DNA of 64,000 nt from Octopus bimaculoides. Taxonomy: Eukaryota. The DNA is taken from contig NC_069003.1 of the NCBI RefSeq assembly GCF_001194135.2, forward strand, positions 21,265,587 to 21,329,586. Direction: 5' to 3'. Every line of letters starts with the position of its first letter. Position 1 is the stretch's first letter. Of the stretch, positions 36,401-45,653 are shown in pieces. The position numbers were made by a program, and so were the translations under genes. Under the pieces are notes generated by a model. That model was given only the letters and a program-made list of their open reading frames with translations, had not been told where the DNA came from and ran no database searches.

Positions 36401-39400
36401 ACAAAGAATTATGAAAAGAGAGAGAAAAGAAATAAATGAGGAGAGAAGAGGGGGGGGATTGGAGGGGAGGTAAAAAAAAAAAAGAGTCAGAAGTCATACA
36501 GAAGGAATAGAACAGTATTGAATGGTTATTTGAAAGAATGAAATAGGGAAGCAGTGTGACTATATACCATTTTTTTTTTTGCTTCAGTCATTAGACTGCG
36601 GCCATGCTGGGGCACCACCTTGAAAGAATCGACCCCAGTACTTATTCTAGTCTTAAGCCTGGTACTTATTCTATTTGTCTCTTTTGTTGAACCACTAAGT
36701 TACAGGAATGTAAATACAACAACACATGTTGCAGTGATGGTGGGGCACAAACAGAGATGCATGCCCCCACCACACACATATCACAAGCTTCTTTCAGTTT
36801 TTGTCCACCGAATCCACTCCCAATGCTTTGGTCAACCTGAGGCTATAGTAGAAGACACTTGCCTAAGATGCCACGCAGTGGGACTGAACTTGTAATCATG
36901 TGGTTGGGAAGCAAACCTCTTACCAAGGCAAAAAGGTTCATCATCATCTAACGTCTGCTTTCCATTCTGGCATCGGTTGGATGGTTTGACAGGAGCTGGT
37001 CAGCTAGAGAGCTGCTGACCAGCTCAGCAGCTCTCCACAATATTTGTATCGCCTTTTGGTTGATGGCTACAAAAACCATTAGCAAATGTGTTGCACATTA
37101 ATCTGTTCAACTGTCATGTACAAAACACGAGATACATTCAAGCTTTTACATGTAAAATATGTCATATTTTCATGTCTTTAATGTCACATGTATAAAACAC
37201 GTAGTAGCAGCAACTGTTTGAATAACTGGCAATGTGAAACTCAGATAAATTCCAAGTACTTACGGTATACATATATTGTTTATCTGTTACTGGTCTCAAC
37301 CTGTAAGCTGTGACCATGCTGGTGCAATGTCCATTTTACTAAGCTGAGGGTATGCAGGTATTTTGAAAATACTTCACTGAGTGACGACCATGCCCAGCAT
37401 AGTTATGGGCTGCCCTTTGGCAAGGAATAGCGCCCATTGAGCCACCCTGCCAGGAATAAGGTGAAGTCATGACACTGCAGCATGGCAGATTGTGAAGCGG
37501 TAGCAGAAGAGCTCAACTGAGCCAATGGTGCTTCTTACATTGATGGTGAGTGGAGGAATCCTGGGAGATCAATGGTCAGGATCACCAAGAACAGGAACAG
37601 AAAGTGGAATGAGAATAATTGACAATTGTCTTTGAAATAGTTACCATGAAATAATTCTCTGCTCTATGTTCCTGATGAAGTTGCAATGGAAGTTGTAGAT
37701 GGGACAAAGGGTAGAGAACATTAGATGAGAAAGATAATCAGGCATCACAGAGTTCACAGCATTTTGGAAAGACTGAAAATAAAAGAAAAAGAAAACAAGG
37801 AAATAAGAAATGAAAGGTAAAAACTTCAAACACTTGATTGAAATTAACCTTTTGATGCCATCCCACCTGAGACCTCTCCTGCTTCTATGATACAATATTC
37901 TTGTTTTAAAGTGATCAAAATTAAAACTTGCCATCAAAATTTAGGGGATTCATTGATTAAGTTGACCCCAGTGTTCAACTGGTACTTATTTTATTGACTC
38001 TGAAAGAATGAAAGGCAAAGTTGATCTCGGTTCAAATTCCACTAACGTCAGCTTTACCTTTCATCCTTTTGGAGTTGATAAAATAAGTACTAGTTAAACA
38101 CTGGGGTCAATTTAACTGACTAAGCCCTTCCACCAAACTTGCTGGCTTTGTGCCAGAATTCANNNNNNNNNNGAATTAAATATTGTACGGCCCTCAATCC
38201 ATGTGTTCTGTAATTCATCTAAGATTGAGTTTTGGTTCTGATACAAATTCGCTGTTTTAAATTAAAGCCTTCCCTCAAATATTCATGTTACAGACACTAG
38301 CTAAACAACAACAAAGTTATTTGATTAAATTCTTCATTATTTTCAAAATTCAAAAATGGTTACAAAAAGGTTAACTTTGTTTCCATGTCTATTTCTCCAT
38401 TCCAGCATGGGTTATATTAATACATTGAAGCATCATTCTACAGCAAGATGTCCTTCCTTGCACTATCCTATCCCATAAAACATACACATACAAAGAAATG
38501 CAACACAAACCTGTGTAATGACTTCCAAGTCCTTTTTAAATGTTCGTTCTGTCATCAGGAGTTCTTTTGTTATACAATAAGATTTATCAGCTGGAGCTCG
38601 CTGGAAAAACATAATATAACTAATAGAAATGTCTGACTAGTAACACAACAACAACAGGAAATCCAGTGATCCTGATTGGTCAAAAGTTGAAAGCAATACT
38701 GCAACTGAAAAAGAGTCTTTTCATAAGTTAACTTATGTCAGAATCCAAGGAATCTGGTGATGGTCTGTGGCAGCAGATTACACTGTTACTTTATTCTTTT
38801 TTTGTTTTTGGTCTTTGGTCAGAAAGTGTTACTTCCTATTTCCTTCTATTTAGAAATCAAAGAAAATCACTACTATTCCCTTTCAAACTTTGCTTTTGTC
38901 ACCTGGACATCAATATTTTAAGACTGATCTATTTTCCATTACATTTCAGATAGATTCAGTGCCGAGTTCCAGAAGCAGAAATGTTATTATAGCAAATATT
39001 CTGCTCGATATCACATATTTGCTTGTCAGTTGTTTGACTTTAATCACTTGAGCATGTCTCTTAGTGGCTGACAATATGTGAATCTTTGATCCTGAGCAGG
39101 ACTAGAGTGTGGAGCATCATAGCCATGTGTTGAGAAGTATTCTTTTGAGCTTGAATAAATGTAATAAAAGTAGAAGTTTGAAGGAAATATTAGCCATTTT
39201 TCATACTTTCTAGGTGTAAGCAAATAGGAAACAACAGTTGCTACCCAAGGACAAAAATTATGTTACACAGTGTTATGAGTTAAAAGAGCTTGAAAATGGA
39301 ATAAACTGGTTTGTTGGGCCAAAGCAGAAAAGTGTAACATTTCAGGTAGAACTCTTTTAGAAGAGATTACTCTCTCACTCAGCAGTACTGTCTGCAATAT

Positions 39401-42400
39401 TGGTTTACATTTCTCTCACAGCCAATCAGTTTTGAGCTGTTTATAATTAAGAACATGACAGCAAAGTGGCACAGTCATTAGTGTTGACGAGAATGCTTTG
39501 TAGTATTTGTTAAACATCTCTGTGCTCTGAGTTCAAATCCTGCAGAGGTCAACTTTGCCTTTTCAGTTTTTCAGTGCAAGGTAGTGGATAGGCAGGATTG
39601 TTAGAGTGTTGTATGCAGTATGTTGTAGCTCTGTGTATTTTGAGTTCAAATCCTGCCCTGTCACTAAAAAAACAGTGACACTCCTGTCAAGAATTGCATC
39701 TGACATATATCAACAATTTAAAAAAACTGATGGAAATGGAAATTTCCTGAGTTAGGTAGCAAGACCAACTGCCACCATAGCTCGTATCAAAGACCACTGA
39801 GATTTATTCAAATAAAGAAAATACCTGGATTGTAAATTGGAAACAGTTTAGAAGGACTTATGTCAGGAGTAAATGTTTCACAGTATATACTTACCTGTAA
39901 GTTACTGATTACTACATAATAAATATCTAAAATTTTAGCCATGTGTGTGTTTGCAGCTGACGATTCATTCCTCTCTCACATCATCATAATTTAATGTCCG
40001 TTTTCTATGCTGGCATGGGTTGGACAGTTTGACAGAAGCTGGAAAAGCCAGGAGCCACACCAGGTTCCATAGTCGGTTTTGGAATGGTTTCTACAATTGG
40101 ATGCCTTTCCTAACACCAACCACTTTACAGAATTACTGACTTTAATGGTAATGCATATATACACACATACACACACACATTATAAGCACTTATAAATGTT
40201 TCAAATATTTTTTTAAAGACCAAAATAATGTAAGTTAATGAAAAATTAAAATTACAGGTCAATTTCCTGAAGAAGTAGTCCTAATCCTGAAGTACTGAAA
40301 TACCAGGTAAGAGTACCATGCTTTTACCTGTAATTTTAATTTATTTTATTTGCATTGCTTTGACTTAAAAAAATATGTTTAAAACAAATATATATCAGAC
40401 AACACTTGATGCAACCTCTATTATATATATAGATATATGTGTGTGTGTGTGTGTTTATATATCATCATCATCATCATCATCATCATTTAGTGTCCGTTTT
40501 CCATGCTGACATGAGTTTGACAGTTTGACATGGAGCTGACCAGCTGGGGAGCTGTCCAGACTTTAGTTGTTTGCAGTGACATGGATTCTACATAAAAAGC
40601 ACTAGTGCTGGTGCCATGTAAAAAGTACTGGTGATAGTGCCACGTAAAAAGCACCCAGTACACTCTGTAAAGTGGTTGGCATTAGGAAGGGCAACCAGCT
40701 GTAGAAACCTGGCCATAACAGTTCCTGCCAAGCTGACCAACTGATGATAGCATGGAAAATGGATGTTAAGACGTTGACAAGGATGATGTGGGTGCATAAA
40801 TTGTTTGTGTACATGTGCCCCTTTACACCCANNNNNNNNNNNNNNNNNNNNNNNNNNNNNNNNNNNNNNNNNNNNNNNNNNNNNNNNNNNNNNNNNNNNN
40901 NNNNNNNNNNNNNNNNNNNNNNNNNNNNNNNNNNNNNNNNNNNNNNNNNNNNNNNNNNNNNNNNNNNNNNNNNNNNNNNNNNNNNNNNNNNNNNNNNNNN
41001 NNNNNNNNNNNNNNNNNNNNNNNNNNNNNNNNNNNNNNNNNNNNNNNNNNNNNNNNNNNNNNNNNNNNNNNNNNNNNNNNNNNNNNNNNNNNNNNNNNNN
41101 NNNNNNNNNNNNNNNNNNNNNNNNNNNNNNNNNNNNNNNNNNNNNNNNNNNNNNNNNNNNNNNNNNNNNNNNNNNNNNNNNNNNNNNNNNNNNNNNNNNN
41201 NNNNNNNNNNNNNNNNNNNNNNNNNNNNNNNNNNNNNNNNNNNNNNNNNNNNNNNNNNNNNNNNNNNNNNNNNNNNNNNNNNNNNNNNNNNNNNNNNNNN
41301 NNNNNNNNNNNNNNNNNNNNNNNNNNNNNNNNNNNNNNNNNNNNNNNNNNNNNNNNNNNNNNNNNNNNNNNNNNNNNNNNNNNNNNNNNNNNNNNNNNNN
41401 NNNNNNNNNNNNNNNNNNNNNNNNNNNNNNNNNNNNNNNNNNNNNNNNNNNNNNNNNNNNNNNNNNNNNNNNNNNNNNNNNNNNNNNNNNNNNNNNNNNN
41501 NNNNNNNNNNNNNNNNNNNNNNNNNNNNNNNNNNNNNNNNNNNNNNNNNNNNNNNNNNNNNNNNNNNNNNNNNNNNNNNNNNNNNNNNNNNNNNNNNNNN
41601 NNNNNNNNNNNNNNNNNNNNNNNNNNNNNNNNNNNNNNNNNNNNNNNNNNNNNNNNNNNNNNNNNNNNNNNNNNNNNNNNNNNNNNNNNNNNNNNNNNNN
41701 NNNNNNNNNNNNNNNNNNNNNNNNNNNNNNNNNNNNNNNNNNNNNNNNNNNNNNNNNNNNNNNNNNNNNNNNNNNNNNNNNNNNNNNNNNNNNNNNNNNN
41801 NNNNNNNNNNAACAAAAACAAAACAAAAATTTTCTCTTTCAAGTTATAAAAAGTATGGCTTTGTGGTTAAGAAGCGTTGCATGGTACCCTGGGCAAAAGG
41901 TCTTCTGCTAAAACCCTGAACCAACCAATACTTTGTGAATGAATTTAGTAGACTCAGTGGAAGCCCATCATATATGTATATACCAAGAGAGTTAGGGGTT
42001 GAGGATCCAACCCACTAAGGGATAGTATCTATCCAATATACTTCTCCAATTGCTAAATGTCCTCTAAATTTGTAATCTTAATTGCTGATATGACATGGTA
42101 TGTCATAAGTGTCTGTATATTGTGCTTTTTGTCAATTTCGTTGTAAAATAAACAGATTAATCAACGGAATATAGTGTCTGCAAGTCGATGGGTACCTCAT
42201 ATTCCCCTCTATTTTCTTATTGCTATATATATATATATATATATAATGTTTGTGTGGGTTTTTCTGTCTGAGTTTGTCCTCCACCACCGCCTGACAACTG
42301 TGTTTGTCTCCCTTCACTGCTTGACAATCAATCAGTGTTGGTTTGTTTACGTCCCTGTAACTTAGAAGTTCAGCTTCCTTCACTCATGTTAATGTTTTTG

Positions 42401-43591
42401 GTTTTGAATTTGTATTTTAATGTGGTTTTGTATTATATATGTATCGTATACATAAGGGTTGTATATGTAATTATTATCTCTGTGGGTAATAAAAAAAAAA
42501 CAAATAACATAAAAGCATAGAAAAGAATAACAAAACAAAACAAAAGCGTTTCAAAATAACCACTTTTGTTCTTATAGAACCAACCAGAGGCAGTTTGAAA
42601 TGGGTTGGTTATTTAAGCGAGTTAAAGGGGAGATAATATACTAACGGGAGGTAATTAGCGAATGTCTTCAGTAAATCCAACGCAATAATGTGAGTTGCAG
42701 ACTATTTAGGTATTATGTGGTTATTATGCGTTTTATGTATCTTTTATGACTTGTTTTTTCCTTTTAATTATTTGTTTGTTGATTAAAATTCGAGATAAAT
42801 CAAGAAGGCGATGTGTGTGAAAACCAAAACAAACTTTGGAAATTGTTACTGAAATTGAAACTCGAAATTGAAATTAATAAGATGTAGAGCAGATGGAACA
42901 GAAATTTAAATTTAAAATTTGAAATCTAGTTTTACTCCCTTTTGACATCTTTTTATCCCATTCTAAAATGAGAAAATACATTGGAACGTACATTGGTTTC
43001 AAATTTTGGCACAAGGCCAGCAATTTCGGGGTATGCAGATTACATTGACCCAAGGGTTCAAAAACTTAAAAGGCGAAGTCGACCCCATTGACATTTGAAC
43101 ATAAAACGAAGTCAGAAGAAATGCTGCCAAAGAACTTTTCCTATCATGGTAACGATTCTGCCAGCTCACCACCTTGAAGTTAGTCAATGAACAGAAATGT
43201 GCTGTATACATAATCTCAATAGAGTTTGTGGAAAAAAAAAAAAAGATTTCAAAATCTATTGCTACATAAACAATGACAACAAATTTGTTCTTTTCAATGA
43301 TAACAGAGTGGAGACCAAGGCAAACAAATATGACAAAACAACGGCACTTAATATTTTTGGTGGTTGTACATGTAAGGCCTTGTTTATGAGGTGTGTCTAC
43401 ATACCTGTGTTTGTGAGGTGAAGAAGTGTGTTCTGGAGTCTCTCGTATGTGTTCAGGGATATTCTCGATTTCATTCGATCTTATGATTGCGTTCTCTTCC
43501 ACACCTTCTCCTTTGCTAAGGATCGGCTCAGAATATTTGCGGTCCATCGCGAAGGTGGGAGAGTCTCTCACATCCCCGTTCTTAAACGAGT
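18937..43591 (-). CDS. FARP1/2: FERM, RhoGEF and pleckstrin domain protein (FARP1/FARP2/Cdep ortholog), 5'-incomplete multi-exon gene span
   Basis: Spliced exons with GT-AG boundaries and matching phases give DH ([24 protein letters not shown]...CYLPL...[16 protein letters not shown]), PH1 ([34 protein letters not shown]), the FARP motif [18 protein letters not shown] and PH2 ([33 protein letters not shown]). Recognised from memory of vertebrate FARP1/2. Confidence 0.95.
19657..19808 (-). CDS. FARP1/2: FARP exon, PH2 ([51 protein letters not shown])
   Basis: ctcttttcag acceptor, AG|GTGAGT donor, 152 bp, phase 0-2. Confidence 0.97.
20680..20787 (-). CDS. FARP1/2: FARP exon, PH2 ([36 protein letters not shown])
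   Basis: tatttttacag acceptor, CAA|GTAAGT donor, 108 bp, phase 0-0. Confidence 0.97.
20981..21388 (+). mobile_element. Near-full-length tRNA-derived SINE, family with internal (TA)/(TG)n
   Basis: A/B-box-like TGGCTGTGTGGTAAG ... GGTTCCGGATTCAGTCCC head; many related copies (e.g. 5335-5540, 7700-8035, 30615-30770, 36590-36925, 48935-49350, 56205-56720). Confidence 0.85.
21400..21590 (+). mobile_element. Restriction-like-endonuclease non-LTR (CRE-like) C-terminal fragment
   Basis: [24 protein letters not shown]...RNEPRE resembles F.P..VETLG.WG..A..FL..IG....GEPRE. Confidence 0.5.
22796..22833 (+). ncRNA. Decayed hammerhead motif related to the 4611 copy
   Basis: CCAATGA-A-GAGC(TAT)GCAC-GAAAC-GTC; shares downstream gagcatYaaactaatacat with the 4611 element; core and stem I are broken. 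Confidence 0.45.
23041..23207 (-). CDS. FARP1/2: FARP exon, PH1-PH2 linker (...[32 protein letters not shown])
   Basis: tatatttcag acceptor, AAG|GTAAGT donor, 167 bp, phase 1-0; contains the FARP-diagnostic [17 protein letters not shown] motif. Confidence 0.96.
24585..24694 (-). CDS. FARP1/2: FARP exon, PH1 end ([36 protein letters not shown])
   Basis: tttatttaaccag acceptor, A|GTGAGT donor, 110 bp, phase 2-1. Confidence 0.92.
25805..25890 (-). CDS. FARP1/2: FARP exon, PH1 ([29 protein letters not shown])
   Basis: aattttgcag acceptor, AG|GTGAAT donor, 86 bp, phase 0-2. Confidence 0.93.
27100..27189 (-). CDS. FARP1/2: FARP exon, PH1 ([30 protein letters not shown])
   Basis: caatgcag acceptor, ATG|GTGAGT donor, 90 bp, phase 0-0. 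Confidence 0.95.
28118..28186 (-). CDS. FARP1/2: FARP exon, PH1 ([23 protein letters not shown])
   Basis: tatttgcag acceptor, TTG|GTAATT donor, 69 bp, phase 0-0. Confidence 0.95.
28280..28586. mobile_element. Foldback MITE with arms of about 130 bp
   Basis: cacttaaatgtggatgttagaacaaactata...ccctgccacctccag versus ctggaggtggcaggga...tatagtttgttctaacagaacatccacttttaagtg. Confidence 0.8.
28975..29200 (+). mobile_element. LINE 3' fragment (RTE-like)
   Basis: [20 protein letters not shown]...AQDCQRWR; related deleted copy at 43950-44140 (-) and another RTE-like end at 24965-25110. Confidence 0.7.
29444..29515 (-). CDS. FARP1/2: FARP exon ([24 protein letters not shown])
   Basis: tttttcag acceptor, AGG|GTGAGT donor, 72 bp, phase 0-0; matches [19 protein letters not shown]. 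Confidence 0.95.
29821..30072. repeat. About 27-bp minisatellite (catRTcctcaatgcaacactgcacccaa), about 9-10 units
   Basis: caatgcaacactgca recurs at about 27-bp spacing. Confidence 0.85.
30211..30269 (-). CDS. FARP1/2: FARP exon, DH C-terminal helix ([20 protein letters not shown])
   Basis: cttttctatttaacag acceptor, GTG|GTAAGT donor, 59 bp, phase 1-0; length exactly fills the gap between the flanking exons. Confidence 0.88.
31637..31687 (-). CDS. FARP1/2: FARP exon, DH ([17 protein letters not shown])
   Basis: tttttattttcag acceptor, G|GTAACA donor, 51 bp, phase 1-1; matches RLCKHHPPSHADFRDC. Confidence 0.92.
32113..32857 (-). mobile_element. Internally deleted mariner transposon (other end lost in N gap)
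   Basis: [53 protein letters not shown] and C-terminal [18 protein letters not shown]; TA then TIR-like TAATGGGTCATCCCATAAATAATG. Confidence 0.9.
34023..34224 (-). CDS. FARP1/2: FARP exon, DH ([13 protein letters not shown]...KTCYLPL[gap/adapter][16 protein letters not shown])
   Basis: ttttcag acceptor, A|GTAAGT donor, phase 0-1; 34072-34095 is adapter plus N (see findings). Confidence 0.93.
34072..34085 (+). other. Illumina adapter sequence (assembly contaminant)
   Basis: AGATCGGAAGAGCG abutting a 10-N gap. Confidence 0.9.
35498..35677. mobile_element. piggyBac-type MITE (180 bp)
   Basis: TTAA|CCTTTTAGCATTCA ... TGAATGCTAAAAGGG|TTAA. Confidence 0.8.
35771..36258. mobile_element. hAT (Charlie-like) MITE with nested SINE
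   Basis: TIRs TAGTGCTACTCAAA / TTTGAGAAGCACTG; 8-bp TSD GTGTAGAG / GTGTAGAA; SINE at 35988-36174 with its own AAGAAATATT TSD. Confidence 0.85.
36304..36385 (-). CDS. FARP1/2: FARP exon, DH ([27 protein letters not shown])
   Basis: ctttttctttacag acceptor, CCT|GTAAGT donor, 82 bp, phase 2-0; matches FARP WEG...QRIGDVML. Confidence 0.92.
37645..37772 (-). CDS. FARP1/2: FARP exon, DH ([43 protein letters not shown])
   Basis: ttttattttcag acceptor, TG|GTAACT donor, 128 bp, phase 0-2. Confidence 0.93.
38511..38600 (-). CDS. FARP1/2: FARP exon, DH start ([30 protein letters not shown])
   Basis: tttttccag acceptor, CAG|GTTTGT donor, 90 bp, phase 0-0; matches FARP DKAYFIAKE..TERTYLKDLEVI. Confidence 0.95.
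43405..43591 (-). CDS. FARP1/2: FARP probable linker exon ([29 protein letters not shown]...SPHKH), phase 1 to 2
   Basis: Pyrimidine-rich ttttctcttgttttctag acceptor, AG|GTATGT donor, 187-bp open S/E/P-rich frame typical of the disordered FERM-DH linker; no direct motif match. Confidence 0.6.
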
Positions 43592-44889
43592 CTAGAAAAC
43601 AAGAGAAAAGAGACCAACATTAATAATCGTTTCAAATTTTGGAACAAGGCTAGCTGATTTAAGGGGAAAGGGTAAGTTGATCACATTAAACCCAGTATTT
43701 TAAAAAATACTTATTTTATCAACTCTGAAAGGATGAAAGACAAAGTTGACCTTGGCAGAATCTGAAATCTGTAAATAAAAATCTGAAGAATTGTCGCGAA
43801 GTATTTTTGTCCAACTCATTGCTGCCACTACTACAATTAATAATAATCCTTTATACTGTAGGTACAAGGCATGAAATTTTGAGGGGAGGGGCCTAGTCAA
43901 TTACATCAACCCCAGTACTCAGCAGGAACTTATTTCATTGACCCTGAAAAGAGATGTCATCATGTAGAGAGCCAACCAGGTCCAACCGTGCCCTCCATTG
44001 CTGATGGTCCCATGCCAGCTCCTCTGCATCCTCCAAGGTGATGTCAAGCCTCTGCAGGTCTTCCAGCCCACAACTGCTGTGTTGAATGAGAGTAAAGCCC
44101 TGGTAGGATGATCTTGCAGGAGGTGGAGGATATATCTGTACCAGCACATGTAACAGATGGCTATAAGGTGGGAGGCTGCAGGCTAATGTGGGCTTATATC
44201 TTTCAATAAATTTTAGAAATAATCAAGAATTTGAAAGGGTTTAGTAAAATTTCTAGGAAGACATGTTGTGTAGTGGTTTGGGTGTTAGGTTGACAATCAT
44301 TCGACTGCAGGTTCAATTCTCAGGCTGGGTAGCGTGTTATCTCCTTGAACAAGGCACTTCATTTTACATTGCTTCATGAGTCTCAGAAATAGCTGGGTGG
44401 AGTGAGTGTAACTTCATGACAGGCTGACATTCTGTTCAAACACACTAATCCATCACCAGATGCTCTTCTATTCTCAGTCACTCAAACACCATGGAAACCT
44501 GAACAAGTTCCAACCTAATGAACAAGTAGGCTTGAGACAAATTTCAAGTAAAATCATTTTCCTTCATAATCATGTTGGTCCGAGGAATATCTTTTAATGG
44601 TAAATTCTACCAGAGAACTATGAAGTTCCATTATAAGAGTTTCTTTATTGGTCTTGAAAGAACAAAAGTCATTGTTGACCTGAACAGAAGTTGAACTCAA
44701 AGTTCAAGGAAGCAGGTCAAATACTCTAAACCAATCTATCCTACTGTCCAGCAACTCTGCCAATGGCTGTCCACTTCCGACTGAGGAAGATCGTCACTGA
44801 CCATTAAGAACATTGTGGACACAGACAAAATTAGTCTTTACATTTAGAAATGTTCACTTTTCCCTTTAATTGACTTCTCTGTTGGTGGT

Positions 44890-45390
44890 GATGACAAGCA
44901 TTGTTTCCCCTAATTGATGTCCCATATTTCTCATCTTCAACAAGAATTTTACACAATCCTTATATCGTAGTCTTGGTTTCTACTGGGGGCATTTTCCAAG
45001 AACATGTTCACCACATAGCATCTGCTGAAGGATTTTCTGATTGTTCATTCAAACAAAGTGTCCAGTCCAATGTAAACAATGCCTGTAGGCTATCACTTTA
45101 AGGCTCATGGTGTCAGCTCCACTCAAGATATCAGAATGTATATCTGATGGGAGGGTTCAAGGGCACTTACATGTTGCCCATAAAAGGTCCATCACATCAG
45201 TACATGCATGTGGTACACAGCAACTTTTGTTCATCTTGTGATGCCATGTTGGGATCATGCACAAGACTCAAGAGCCCTGAAGGAATCAGTTGCCTTCAAC
45301 ATATTTCATCACCCAATTGGTCTTGCTGTAAAAATCAAATCCCTTGTTCCTCCACCAGAACAGAAGTCACATTGAGAGTCGGGTAGAATG
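44890..45390 (-). mobile_element. RTE-clade LINE ORF2 C-terminal fragment
   Basis: Minus frame LHWTGHFV*MNNQKILQQMLCGEHVLGKCPQ*KPRLRYKDCVK resembles LRWAGHV.RM....PK..LYGE...GKR..G.PR.RYKD. Confidence 0.75.
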
Positions 45391-45591
45391 TCATTTACAA
45401 GGTATTTGTTCGAGCAGGTAAAAAGAATACTTGCCAGAACCGTGCCAACAAATGGCACCAAAGAAGTATCTATATATATATACTGCCATAATCATTTTAA
45501 TAACCGTTCCATGCTTGCATAGGGCAGATGAAACTTCTATGAGGCAGAATTTTCTACAATCAGATCCTTTGCTTGTTACCAAGTGTGTGTG

Positions 45592-45653
<62 letters not shown>

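Noticed and set aside
40267-40307. Canonical-core hammerhead CTGAAGA-AGTA..TACT-GAAATACC
   Set aside because: U16.1 is absent and no stem I can form; kept only as a decayed comparator.
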